Virus record (IMG/VR): IMGVR_UViG_3300030104_003748
Coordinates: 1-28,576 of that record
Direction: 5' to 3' (one strand)
DNA: 28,576 nt
Origin: a virus
Lineage: Duplodnaviria > Caudoviricetes
The number at the start of each line of letters is the position of its first letter. Position 1 is the stretch's first letter. Below are positions 16,941 to 26,857 of this stretch, one piece after another. A program made the translations under genes and the position numbers. The notes under the pieces are model-generated. The model saw nothing but the letters and a program-made list of their open reading frames with translations. It searched no databases and was not told the origin of the DNA.

Positions 16941-18093
16941 ATCATATTATGATGTAAAACAGTCAAACAAAAGAATTTGTGTGTTGCAGGGTGGAACAAG
17001 AAGTGGGAAAACATATTCAATACTTTTGGCACTAATAGAGTTTGCTTATAAAAATCAGAACAAGAATCTATATATAACTATTGCGAGAAAAACATTCCCT
17101 GCTCTGAGGGGAACAGCAATGCGTGATTTCTTTGAGATTCTCAAAAGTGAAAACCTTTATGATGAAAGACTACACAATAAGTCTAGCGGTTTATATTTAC
17201 TTTTTGGAAACAATTTCGAGTTTATTTCAGTCGATCAGCCACAGCGTGTGCGTGGTAGAAAAAGAGACGTGCTTTTTTTAAACGAAGGCAACGAATTTAG
17301 TTTTGATGAATATACTCAGTTAGCTTTAAGAACAACATATAAAATCATTATTGACTTTAATCCGAGTGATGAGTTCCATTGGTTGTATAAACAAATAATT
17401 GATGCAGATAGAGATGATTTAGACTTTCATATTTCTACATATAAAGACAATCCATTCTTAGATATAGAAACAATAAAAGAAATTGAAAGACTTAAACAAG
17501 TAGATGAAAATTTATGGCGGGTTTTTGGTGAGGGCTTGAGAGGTATTTCAACTGAGAACATATTCCCACAATTTAACATAATTGATAGTATTCCAGACAA
17601 TGCAAAAGAAATTGCTTTTGGTTTAGATTTTGGTTATAGTGCTGATCCCACGACTTTAGTCAAAGTATATAAACATGACCTTGATTTATATATTGACGAA
17701 CTGATTTATGAAAAAGGTTTGACAAACCAAGACATTGCAAACAAAATGAAAGACCTAAACATTGACAGGAGACTAGAATGTTTTGCCGACTCCAGCGAAC
17801 CAAAGAGTATTGAAGAAATATACAGGATGCAAGTTTCTAATATAAAGCCCGCAAAAAAGGGTGCGGATTCAATAAGGACAGGAATTGATGTAATGAAAAG
17901 GCATAAGCTAAACATAACAAAAAGAAGTGTTAACACAATAAAAGAATTTAGAAATTACAAGTGGATAAAAGACAAAAATAATGAAATAACAAACAGACCT
18001 GTTGATGCCTTTAACCATAGTATTGATGCGGTGAGATATGTGTGTTTAAATAAATTAATGGTTTCTTATTCTGGCAAGTATTATATATCTTAG
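16918..18093 (+). CDS. terL: Terminase large subunit (PBSX/SPP1-like)
   Basis: Walker A GGTRSGKT, Walker B LFLNE, nuclease motifs GLDFG and NHSIDAVRY. Confidence 0.95.
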   Translation: MMMKKQAKSYYDVKQSNKRICVLQGGTRSGKTYSILLALIEFAYKNQNKNLYITIARKTFPALRGTAMRDFFEILKSENLYDERLHNKSSGLYLLFGNNFEFISVDQPQRVRGRKRDVLFLNEGNEFSFDEYTQLALRTTYKIIIDFNPSDEFHWLYKQIIDADRDDLDFHISTYKDNPFLDIETIKEIERLKQVDENLWRVFGEGLRGISTENIFPQFNIIDSIPDNAKEIAFGLDFGYSADPTTLVKVYKHDLDLYIDELIYEKGLTNQDIANKMKDLNIDRRLECFADSSEPKSIEEIYRMQVSNIKPAKKGADSIRTGIDVMKRHKLNITKRSVNTIKEFRNYKWIKDKNNEITNRPVDAFNHSIDAVRYVCLNKLMVSYSGKYYIS

Positions 18094-18123
18094 ACAAAAA
18101 CAAGAATTTTATATTTATAAAAA
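18093..18123 (+). promoter_or_regulatory. Putative late promoter, copy C
   Basis: GACAAA...TTATATTTATAAAAA fills the whole TerL-tail intergenic gap. Confidence 0.75.
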
Positions 18124-18687
18124 ATGAAACAAATAAAACTTAGAGTTCCGGAAAATTGGAATGACATAACAGTTAAACAGTATCAACAGTTTATGCGGGT
18201 GCTAGATAGTAATAAAGAAGAAAAGGTGAAAAACCTTGAAATTGTTTCTGCGTTTTGCGACATAGATGTTAAAACCTTAAAAAGGTTTAAAATAAAAGAT
18301 TTAAACAAGGTGTCAAATATAATAGTATCAATGACCAAGGATGATCCTAGTGACATCAAGATGCAAAGAAACATTGAGTTTAACAACCAAAAGTATGGTG
18401 TTATTCCAAACATGGCAGAAATGACAACAGGAGAGTTTGTTGACTTAGAAACATTTTGTGAGGACTCAACAGAAAACCTACATAAAATAATGTCAATACT
18501 GTATAGAAAACAAACAAGTGAGGTTAATAGATATGACCGATACACTGTTGAAAAATATAAACCAACAGAGGAAAAAAAGAACCTTATGTTGGACTTACCA
18601 ATGGGTTATGCACTGGGGGTTCTTAATTTTTTTTTTCATTTAGGCGAGACACTTATAACAGATTCTCGCAGTTATTTGATGAAGTAG
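18124..18687 (+). CDS. Tail assembly chaperone (gpG-like)
   Basis: P..W.DIT..QYQ and GEFVDLE..LH.IM.ILYR motifs; T10 slippery run near the end. Confidence 0.7.
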   Translation: MKQIKLRVPENWNDITVKQYQQFMRVLDSNKEEKVKNLEIVSAFCDIDVKTLKRFKIKDLNKVSNIIVSMTKDDPSDIKMQRNIEFNNQKYGVIPNMAEMTTGEFVDLETFCEDSTENLHKIMSILYRKQTSEVNRYDRYTVEKYKPTEEKKNLMLDLPMGYALGVLNFFFHLGETLITDSRSYLMK

Positions 18688-18908
18688 AGTTAAAACAAAA
18701 TGAGGGTTCACCATACGAGAGAAGGGTGACAACACAAAAGAAATACAAAAGCAAATGGGGTTGGTATGCAATTATATACAACTTGGCAGAGGGCAAGATA
18801 TTGAAAATGAAGAAAGTAACAAAGTTAAAAATATATGAGAGTTTAACATTCCTGTCATATCAACAGGATTTATTTATTTTAGAAAAAGACAAACATGGCA
18901 CAGGATAA
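18627..18908 (+). CDS. -1 frameshift extension of tail chaperone (gpGT-like, fusion ~261 aa)
   Basis: The -1 frame is open from the T run (FSFRRDTYNRF...KWGWY) to 18908. Hairpin GCGAGA/TCTCGC lies 7 nt downstream of the run. Confidence 0.75.
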   Translation, partial: FFFSFRRDTYNRFSQLFDEVELKQNEGSPYERRVTTQKKYKSKWGWYAIIYNLAEGKILKMKKVTKLKIYESLTFLSYQQDLFILEKDKHGTG

Positions 18909-19392
18909 CAATAACACACCAAATAATATCACATACAAGCAGATGATTAATACGTTTAGCAATATAGCAACGAATCACTTGCAGATACAGTCATTTAATT
19001 CTGGCAGTCTTGAAGATGTGGACATTGAGAAAATGGATGCTGACCAATTCCCCTTGATGTATATAACACCACAACCTGCATCTGTTGATGAACAAACATT
19101 GACTTATTCTTTTGATGTTATTATTGCAGACAGAATACAAGAAGATATGACAGACATAGATGATGCTTATTCTGAAACTTTACAAATAATAAAAGATGTA
19201 ATTTCTAATTTTAGACAAGCAACACAAACAGAATCATGGGCGGATCAAAGAACAGATATAGAGTTGCCAATTGATTTATCACCCTTTACAAGTAGGTTTG
19301 CAAACTTATTGACAGGGTGGGGTGGCACTTTCAACATAGTTGTAAATAATGAGAACAACCTTTGCATTGTTCCACAAACTAATAATTCATAA
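18895..19392 (+). CDS. Putative tail terminator/completion protein
   Basis: Acidic 165 aa; FPLMY.TP and PF..RF.N.L.GW motifs; tail operon context. Confidence 0.55.
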   Translation: MAQDNNNTPNNITYKQMINTFSNIATNHLQIQSFNSGSLEDVDIEKMDADQFPLMYITPQPASVDEQTLTYSFDVIIADRIQEDMTDIDDAYSETLQIIKDVISNFRQATQTESWADQRTDIELPIDLSPFTSRFANLLTGWGGTFNIVVNNENNLCIVPQTNNS

Positions 19393-19949
19393 TGGCATTT
19401 AAAAATTTCATACAGGAATTACAGAAGCTTGGAAAAAAACAAGTCGAAGATTCTCGGAGTGCTTTGATTGGTGATGTGGGTGATTCTGCGCTTGGTTCTT
19501 CAATTAAATACATGGTTCAAGGTAGTTTCAAGAAAAAGCCACAAATCATCTTTAGCATGAATGATTATGGTGGTTTTGTTGATACAGGGGTTAAGGGTGT
19601 GAGAAACCAAACCTTTCAACTAAATGATTCAAGGGCAAACAAGATGTTTAGCTTTACAAGGCAACCTGCGTTCACAGGCACTTTCAAAATGATTAACCCA
19701 AGTGCAATTGACAAGTGGGTTATAAAAAAAGGGTTAAAAGGAACGAGAGATGCCAAAGGTAGATTTGTAAAAAGAAGTGCAATAAAATTTGCAATCGCAA
19801 CATCAATATATAAAAAGGGTTTAGATGGGACTGGTTTCTTTTCTCAAACTTGGTATAAAAATATGGAACTCTCAAGAAAAAATTTAGAAACAGCACTAGC
19901 AAAAGACATGGAAAAACAATTAAATAAAACTGATCAATACTTTGTATAA
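19392..19949 (+). CDS. Putative neck/tail completion protein (HK97 gp10-like)
   Basis: Basic protein; L.SSI, YG.FVD.GV.G and IA.SI.KKG...T.FF motifs. Confidence 0.55.
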   Translation: MAFKNFIQELQKLGKKQVEDSRSALIGDVGDSALGSSIKYMVQGSFKKKPQIIFSMNDYGGFVDTGVKGVRNQTFQLNDSRANKMFSFTRQPAFTGTFKMINPSAIDKWVIKKGLKGTRDAKGRFVKRSAIKFAIATSIYKKGLDGTGFFSQTWYKNMELSRKNLETALAKDMEKQLNKTDQYFV

Positions 19950-21470
19950 ATGGCAACAATTCAAATAACACAAATACCAACAGAGACAGCAACCTACACA
20001 GGAACATCAAATACTTATGATGAATTAGTTCCGACAAACTATTGGCAGATGTTACCTGTGACTGTTAATATAACAGACAATCTTGCAACATATTTCAATG
20101 TTAAATATATTTTAAGAGTATATGACAACTCAATTGCAGATGCAAATTTACTTGCAACAATAAAACAAAGAACTAATAATAAATCAACCACAACAAATCA
20201 AGTGGCTATTTTTGACATTAAAAGAATTGTAAATACAGTTCTCAAGCATAGCTACGAGGACACAAATGCGGCAGGAAAAGAAGTTCACAAGGTTGGTAAA
20301 AATTTGACATCAACTATATTTTCAGAAAACACAGAGAGTGTGAAAACAATAGTATTGAAGGCAACTTGGGAACGTGCAACTTCTGCAACTTCTGCACCTG
20401 TTGAACAAACAAGTGATGAAGTCAGAATCACAATGTATTTCACACAAGCAACTTTTCCGCTTATGACATACGCAACCTTACCAGACTCAAATCCTTTAAG
20501 TGACTACACAACAGCAAATAATACAAAACAATTAATGTCAAATGCACCAAGTATGATTGACTTCAGAAAGTTAAATGCTGCACCGGGGGGTGGTTCAACA
20601 AAATTAACGGGATATATAAACTACATAACAAATGGAACTGACTGGCACACTATTGGAATACAGAACAAAAGTGGATGGGGTTCAGATGGCGACTTTTTAG
20701 GTTTGCAGTATTATGGAAGTGATGGCTCATTGATTATGACTTACACATTCCCAAATGATGACGATAGAGGTGGTGAGCCACCTGCAGCATCTAACTCTGA
20801 CAAAGAGTATTTAGTTTATGCAGGAGTAGGGACAGGGAATTTTGAAAACTATGTTGGACAGGCACACAAAGACGATGCGGCACTTGCAACATTCGATGGA
20901 CAACCCTCTGGTGGTGTTGCACGGGATTTTGCTTATTATAGGGTTTATATGTGTAACGATAAAAATGGAACATCTCAAATAAGGTCACAGTATTATTATT
21001 TTGTCAGAGATTTTGAGAGTGCTATAAATTGCAAGGATCAACAAATAATTAGATTGGCTTGGATAAATGAATTAGGTGCTTGGGACTATTATAATTTTAA
21101 CGCAGGACAAACAGAAACAGTAAGTAGTGAAAAAAATAATTATCAATCTGTTTTAGGTTCTAGCTCTTTAGATACGGGTGATGTTTATTCGTTTAACACT
21201 TGGGGTGCAGGAACTAAAACATTAACAACAAAAAGAAAATTACAAAGCACTTTACAAACACAGTATATTTCTGAAGAAGAAGCAGACTTTCTGGAAACAT
21301 TGTTTTCATCAAATGCTGTCATGGTTATTGAAAACCTTGCAACACCTGTGTCACAGTCTGTTATCGTAACAAACAAATCTTTTCAAAGAATGACCACAGC
21401 AAAGAATAAATTGCAAATACAATACACATTCACAATAGAATATGCAAACCCGTTAAACACTAACTCTTAA
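19950..21470 (+). CDS. Tail structural protein (distal tail-like)
   Basis: 506 aa, Thr-rich; W.N.LG.WDYYNF motif; precedes the large tail protein. Confidence 0.6.
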   Translation: MATIQITQIPTETATYTGTSNTYDELVPTNYWQMLPVTVNITDNLATYFNVKYILRVYDNSIADANLLATIKQRTNNKSTTTNQVAIFDIKRIVNTVLKHSYEDTNAAGKEVHKVGKNLTSTIFSENTESVKTIVLKATWERATSATSAPVEQTSDEVRITMYFTQATFPLMTYATLPDSNPLSDYTTANNTKQLMSNAPSMIDFRKLNAAPGGGSTKLTGYINYITNGTDWHTIGIQNKSGWGSDGDFLGLQYYGSDGSLIMTYTFPNDDDRGGEPPAASNSDKEYLVYAGVGTGNFENYVGQAHKDDAALATFDGQPSGGVARDFAYYRVYMCNDKNGTSQIRSQYYYFVRDFESAINCKDQQIIRLAWINELGAWDYYNFNAGQTETVSSEKNNYQSVLGSSSLDTGDVYSFNTWGAGTKTLTTKRKLQSTLQTQYISEEEADFLETLFSSNAVMVIENLATPVSQSVIVTNKSFQRMTTAKNKLQIQYTFTIEYANPLNTNS

Positions 21471-24400
21471 TGAATCAAATTAGATTAATTGCATATAGAG
21501 ACGCAACAACGTCATCAACCACAGAAACAGGTTATGAATTAGACTTACAGGAACATCCTGTGATTTCTTTAAATTTTCAATTCTCTGATATTAAAGAACC
21601 ACAGACAAGAAAAGCAAGTTTCTCACAAACTTTTAAATTGCCTTTTACAGACAGCAATAATACCTTTTTTCAAAATTGGTTTGATGTTAACATGTCCACA
21701 CTTGTATTCAGCACAAGGAAAAAATTCAAGGCAACTTTGTTTGTTGGTGCAATGCCACAATTTGAGGGGTTTATACAATTAAAATCTGTATATCAAAAAG
21801 CAGAATTATACGAAGTTGTTTTGATGTCAAACACAGCAGATTTGTTTTCTGCGATTGGGGAAAATAGATTAAAGGATGTTTTTAGAAATGATGACAATTC
21901 TTATAGTGATGAATTAGACCATGTATATACACAGGCAAATATCATCGCATCTTGGGATGGTTCATCTTCTTCTTTTGTAAATGCTCAAGACCCCGCTGTT
22001 TCCCTTAGAGATACTGATGTCAATGTGCAAAAAGTGATGTATCCAATGAGCATCACAAAACCCAATTTCTTTTATGACCCTGATCAAGACCTATATCTAA
22101 ATATGACATCATCCGATGTGACTAGCTTAGGAACATTGACAGCACAGGATTACATGGTTCCTGTAAATCAATTAAGACCTGCGCTACAAATTAAAAATAT
22201 AGTAAATTTGATTTTGAAAAAGGCAGGGTTTACATATACTTCTGCATTTATTGATGGTGCTTATTTTGGCAAGTTATTTATGACAACTGGAAACCACTTG
22301 GGTGAAGCAGGTCTGCCATTGACAAATACAACAGCACAGCCAGGCGGGGTGATGAGAGTTGGAAACAATGGCGTTTGGGGTGTTTATGAACCAGGCACAG
22401 GCGGTATGCCCGAAGTTGGTGATGCGATTCCAGAGGGTGCATTTTTAAACAATTATGTTCCCGCTGATACTGTTTCTGGTAGTGATTGTATTATTGACAG
22501 TCAAAACATTTGGAATGAGGCGGGTGATTATTTCGAAAAGAAATTTGAGGGGATGTTGTCAATACAAGTTAGACATAAGTTAAAACTTGAGAATGTGGTG
22601 AGCATTGACCTTAACCCAATGCAATTAAAAGTAGAAATTGTTGACATTGACAATCCAGATGTTGTTTATAGCACAGCACCCCTTGTTGATTTGTTTACCG
22701 CTAGTGGCACAGCTTTTGACCTTGAAGAAGATATTGAGCACTCTTTGGATATTGAAGCAATGGGAACAGGACAAAAAGCGTATATCAGAATGTCACTTTT
22801 AAATGCAAAATTTACAGGTGCTAGTGGTGATGAAAAAATCACCTTTGGTGCTAGTGCTAGTTTAACTTGTGAAAATTTAGAAAGCAAAATTGTGGTTGAG
22901 TGGATTCCATTTAACGAAGGTGCTTACAACGGAACTGTAAATGTTCCTGCATGTATTGATGACCAGATTTTGCAGAAGGATTTTTTATTGGATATAATAC
23001 AAAGGTTCAACCTATTAGTAATATCTGATCCAGACAACCCCTCTAACTTAATTATAGAGCCTTACAATGATTATCTTGCTAACGCTAGTATAAAGTCATG
23101 GACAGACAAATTGGATGTCTCTAAAGAGATAATTGTCAAAGACACTACAACGATACAAAAAAAGACAATTGATTTATCTGACTTAGAGGATCAAGACCTT
23201 GTAAACAAAGACTTAAAAGATTTTTTCCCAGACATAAATGTTTATGGTCATTATAGAAGAACGGACAACACAAATGAGTTTGCAAAAGGTGAATTAAAAA
23301 ACACACCTATTTTCTCACCATATATAAACCAAAAAGTCTTTAGAAATGAGGACACACAAGCGCAACCATATTTATATAATATGGCTGTGCAATATGAATA
23401 CACTTACAAGGGTGTTGAAGGTGGTTTTGAATATCCATTAACAGCAACCAAACCAAAGTTGTTTTTTTACAATGGTGCGGCAACTACTGTTCTAAATGGT
23501 TCTGGTGCATCTACGAGTTACACAATGCATCTGCAAGGTGTCTCAGATAGTTTAATTTCAACTTTCACTTTTTTAACATACCCTGTTTGCACACCTTTTG
23601 ACATAACACCATCAAGTAATGTTTACACACTTACACAAGCAAACAAATCATTGTATTGGAATACGAATCCACCTGTTGTCGGTGAATTAAGTGTTTTTAA
23701 TTATACAGATGAAACAGGTTCTTGGTTTGATAATACTCTGTATGGATTGTATTGGAAAAAATACTTAGACAATATATATAACCCAGATGCGAGAATAATG
23801 GAGTGTCATTTATATTTAGATGATGTTGACATTCACAACTTTAAATTCAATGATGAAGTTTTTATAAAAAATGCTTATTGGCGAGTTTTAAATATAAGCA
23901 ACTATCAAGTTGGTGTCGACACATCAACAAAGGTTACATTATTAAAAGTTGTTGATTCCATGATTCCATGTGTTGATTGTGATTACGTTGTTGGTGAAGA
24001 TTCAACCGGAAGCAATTTGTTTATGGGTGCTTTGTATTACTGGTGTCCAGAAGATACCCCAGGTTGCACACCTAGTGTCTCAGGCGCACCTTATACGGGT
24101 TTATTAGCACCCGAGGCATGTTGTGATTGTCAAGGTGGTTTGTCAATGACCTTTGTAACACTAGCGACAGGACTATATCCTTGTTTAGCAAATGCAGGTA
24201 GTTTGCCAATAAATTTAACAAGTCTTTTTGGGTTTAGGTCAATTTTGTCACAAGGACAAGCAAAGACAATTATTGCAGACAAAATGAGAGGACTTAAAAA
24301 AGGACTTACAATTGGTTCTGATAATGGTAAATTTAGCAGTGCTTTGATGCCTTTAAATAATGATGATATTGTTGTAAAATACAAAACAGAACAAAAAGGT

Positions 24401-24922
24401 GTTCCACGACTTCAAGGTGAAATGCACAGAATTATATTAACAGGGTTTACAGAAGGTGACACAAGGGGTTATGCGTATCCACAAGGTAGATCAACGGAAA
24501 AACAATTATTTGTTCCATACAATACAAATATGATTATTCGAGTTAGTGGAACAGCAACAGTTGTTGGCGGAACAAGTTCAACATACACAGTTAGTTATAC
24601 AGAAGCGTTTGCATATTACACAGCATTTAAAAATGTAAATGGAACAATCACGCAACTAGGAACAACGGGTGGAACAGCAGAGTTTGCATTAAAAGAAACT
24701 GGAGTTGCAACTTGCACACTATATTTGACAACATCAAGTGGAGTATTACAATTTGGTTTAGATGATAGTCAAACAGACACTAAACGAATCTGGTCACTTT
24801 CTGTTGACTTAGCGGTTCAGCGTTTACCAAACATTGGCATTCCTTATGGTGAGAATTGGGCGTTGTTCCAAAATGGTAGTAATATACAATTTCAAAATTT
24901 TGACTTTATGTTATGGAATTAA
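21470..24922 (+). CDS. Large tail tip/hub protein
   Basis: 1150 aa. N-terminal LDL..DI..P..R..SFSQTF.LP..N.F. Cys-rich segment and beta-rich C-terminus. Confidence 0.65.
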   Translation: MNQIRLIAYRDATTSSTTETGYELDLQEHPVISLNFQFSDIKEPQTRKASFSQTFKLPFTDSNNTFFQNWFDVNMSTLVFSTRKKFKATLFVGAMPQFEGFIQLKSVYQKAELYEVVLMSNTADLFSAIGENRLKDVFRNDDNSYSDELDHVYTQANIIASWDGSSSSFVNAQDPAVSLRDTDVNVQKVMYPMSITKPNFFYDPDQDLYLNMTSSDVTSLGTLTAQDYMVPVNQLRPALQIKNIVNLILKKAGFTYTSAFIDGAYFGKLFMTTGNHLGEAGLPLTNTTAQPGGVMRVGNNGVWGVYEPGTGGMPEVGDAIPEGAFLNNYVPADTVSGSDCIIDSQNIWNEAGDYFEKKFEGMLSIQVRHKLKLENVVSIDLNPMQLKVEIVDIDNPDVVYSTAPLVDLFTASGTAFDLEEDIEHSLDIEAMGTGQKAYIRMSLLNAKFTGASGDEKITFGASASLTCENLESKIVVEWIPFNEGAYNGTVNVPACIDDQILQKDFLLDIIQRFNLLVISDPDNPSNLIIEPYNDYLANASIKSWTDKLDVSKEIIVKDTTTIQKKTIDLSDLEDQDLVNKDLKDFFPDINVYGHYRRTDNTNEFAKGELKNTPIFSPYINQKVFRNEDTQAQPYLYNMAVQYEYTYKGVEGGFEYPLTATKPKLFFYNGAATTVLNGSGASTSYTMHLQGVSDSLISTFTFLTYPVCTPFDITPSSNVYTLTQANKSLYWNTNPPVVGELSVFNYTDETGSWFDNTLYGLYWKKYLDNIYNPDARIMECHLYLDDVDIHNFKFNDEVFIKNAYWRVLNISNYQVGVDTSTKVTLLKVVDSMIPCVDCDYVVGEDSTGSNLFMGALYYWCPEDTPGCTPSVSGAPYTGLLAPEACCDCQGGLSMTFVTLATGLYPCLANAGSLPINLTSLFGFRSILSQGQAKTIIADKMRGLKKGLTIGSDNGKFSSALMPLNNDDIVVKYKTEQKGVPRLQGEMHRIILTGFTEGDTRGYAYPQGRSTEKQLFVPYNTNMIIRVSGTATVVGGTSSTYTVSYTEAFAYYTAFKNVNGTITQLGTTGGTAEFALKETGVATCTLYLTTSSGVLQFGLDDSQTDTKRIWSLSVDLAVQRLPNIGIPYGENWALFQNGSNIQFQNFDFMLWN

Positions 24923-25095
24923 AAAATCACATACAACTTAGCTCGGTTATGATGTTAACCAGTTTAAGAATAGTAAATACAGTTGACATTTATGGAGACA
25001 AAAAACTAAATTTTGTTTATGGCATGAATGAAAGACATGGAAGTTTTAAAAGAATGTTTAAAGAATTTAAAAGAATAATATGGCAAAAGAGGTAA
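24913..25095 (+). CDS. Small hypothetical protein
   Basis: Overlaps both neighbours and fills the gap. Confidence 0.55.
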   Translation: MELKNHIQLSSVMMLTSLRIVNTVDIYGDKKLNFVYGMNERHGSFKRMFKEFKRIIWQKR

Positions 25096-26801
25096 AAATA
25101 GTAATCGACGTAGATACTAAACAAGCACAATCTGATTTTAGTGACTTAGAAGATTCACTTGACAGCTTGGGATCAAAAGCAAAAGAAGCAAAAGAAGATG
25201 TTGAAGAAGCGGGTGAGGGTGCAGAGGATGCAGGTGACAAAGCGAAGAAGGGTGGCAAAGGTTTTGGAATGCTGAGCAGTGCAATGAAGTTTACGGGAAT
25301 CGGTGCGGCAGTTGGTGCATTTGGTTCAATGGGGGACGTGTTAATGGGGAATCAAGGATTTGCAGATAAATTTAACATGGCACTTGAAATGACAAAAATT
25401 GTTGTTTCTGATTTATTCAATAAGTTGGGCGGTTTTATTGGTAAACTAGGCGAAGTGGGTAAAAAAGTCACAGATGTAAAGGGGAATTTTCAAAAGTTTA
25501 AAGATGGCATTTCTGGTTTTGGAAAAATGTTAAAAGAGAAAATTACCGACAGGGTGAAACAAATGATTAATGGCTTTGGGCTATTGGGTGATGCAATGGG
25601 CAAACTTTTTGAGGGTGACTTTAAGGGTGCGTTGGCAACAGCAAAAGAAGGAATGAATGACATCTTTGCAGTGGATGAAAAAATTGCGGCAGTGCAAAGA
25701 ACTATTGAAAAGGGAAAAGAAATTTACAATGATATAGGAGAAGCAATAAGTGATACAACAGAATCAACAAAAAATTATACAAAAGAAGTGATGACCTCTG
25801 CGATGGCAATTGTTAATTCCAGAAATGAATTGATTAAACTAGTTGGTGAAATTAACTTACAGAAAGTGGCAATACAGGAGGTTTTAACTGAGCAAACAAG
25901 GTTGAGGGACAATGAAAACTTAACTTTTGAACAAAGGCAAAAACATGCAATGGAAGTTATGAATCAACAGTTGCTTTTGTTAGACCAAGAAAAAAGAATG
26001 GCGAATGCTGTTAAAGAAAATGCAGAAGCAGAACTAAGAACAAATGCAGATAATATACAAGCAAAACAAAAACTTGCAAATGCAGAAGCGGCACTATTAG
26101 CCTTGAAGCAAAAGGAGACGGAAATAATTCTAGGTCAAACAAAGGTGCACCACGACCTAAATAAAATGAGAATCGCTGGAATTAAAGAAATTTCAATGTT
26201 GAATGAGATGGGACGTGATAGAGAATTGGAAGCGTTAAGAGAACAGGGAAGGTTGTTGTTAGAACAAGCACGAAAAAATGGTGAAGGTGAAGCAGAAGTC
26301 TTAGAATTTATTGAAAGGAAAAAAGAAGAAATAAGAGTCAAATATAGAGACATGAATTTACAAGCAACATCAAAATTGTTTGGTGCTTTAGCAGGAACAG
26401 CAGAAAAAGGTTCTAAGGGTTGGAAAATGATGGCGAAGGCACAAGCGTTGGTGAACATGTATTTAGGTATTACAAGTGCTTTAAAAGATCCTGAAATGCC
26501 TTTCTTTGCAAGGATAGCAAATGCGGCAGCAGTTGCAATTGCAGGTAGAAATAACATACGAGCTATTGTAGAAACAAAAATGAGTGGTGAAGAAGGTAGT
26601 GAGGGTGAAGAAGGTGATGTTCCTGAAGCAACGGGAGTGGGTGGAATTTTTTCTGGAAATGCAGGTGCAATGATACCAAACCAATTGACCGAAAGTCTTG
26701 TTGATGCAGGTCAACAACCTGTTCAAGCGTATGTGGTTGAAACAGATATTTCTAACAGTCAAGCACTACAAGAAGAATTGAATTTACAGACAACATTGTA
26801 A
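25080..26801 (+). CDS. Tail tape measure protein
   Basis: 573 aa helical, Ala/Gly/Lys-rich with coiled coils; C-terminal PVQAYVV..DI..SQ.L. Confidence 0.75.
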   Translation: MAKEVKIVIDVDTKQAQSDFSDLEDSLDSLGSKAKEAKEDVEEAGEGAEDAGDKAKKGGKGFGMLSSAMKFTGIGAAVGAFGSMGDVLMGNQGFADKFNMALEMTKIVVSDLFNKLGGFIGKLGEVGKKVTDVKGNFQKFKDGISGFGKMLKEKITDRVKQMINGFGLLGDAMGKLFEGDFKGALATAKEGMNDIFAVDEKIAAVQRTIEKGKEIYNDIGEAISDTTESTKNYTKEVMTSAMAIVNSRNELIKLVGEINLQKVAIQEVLTEQTRLRDNENLTFEQRQKHAMEVMNQQLLLLDQEKRMANAVKENAEAELRTNADNIQAKQKLANAEAALLALKQKETEIILGQTKVHHDLNKMRIAGIKEISMLNEMGRDRELEALREQGRLLLEQARKNGEGEAEVLEFIERKKEEIRVKYRDMNLQATSKLFGALAGTAEKGSKGWKMMAKAQALVNMYLGITSALKDPEMPFFARIANAAAVAIAGRNNIRAIVETKMSGEEGSEGEEGDVPEATGVGGIFSGNAGAMIPNQLTESLVDAGQQPVQAYVVETDISNSQALQEELNLQTTL

Positions 26802-26820
26802 TGCGATTTACACCTAAAAA

Positions 26821-26852
26821 TTTGGTAATATCAAAAATTTTTTGTATATTTG
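26821..26852 (+). promoter_or_regulatory. Bacteroidota housekeeping-sigma promoter driving a non-coding unit
   Basis: TTTG (26821-26824), 20 nt spacer, TATATTTG (26845-26852): exact consensus, intergenic. Confidence 0.85.
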
Positions 26853-26857
26853 TTATA

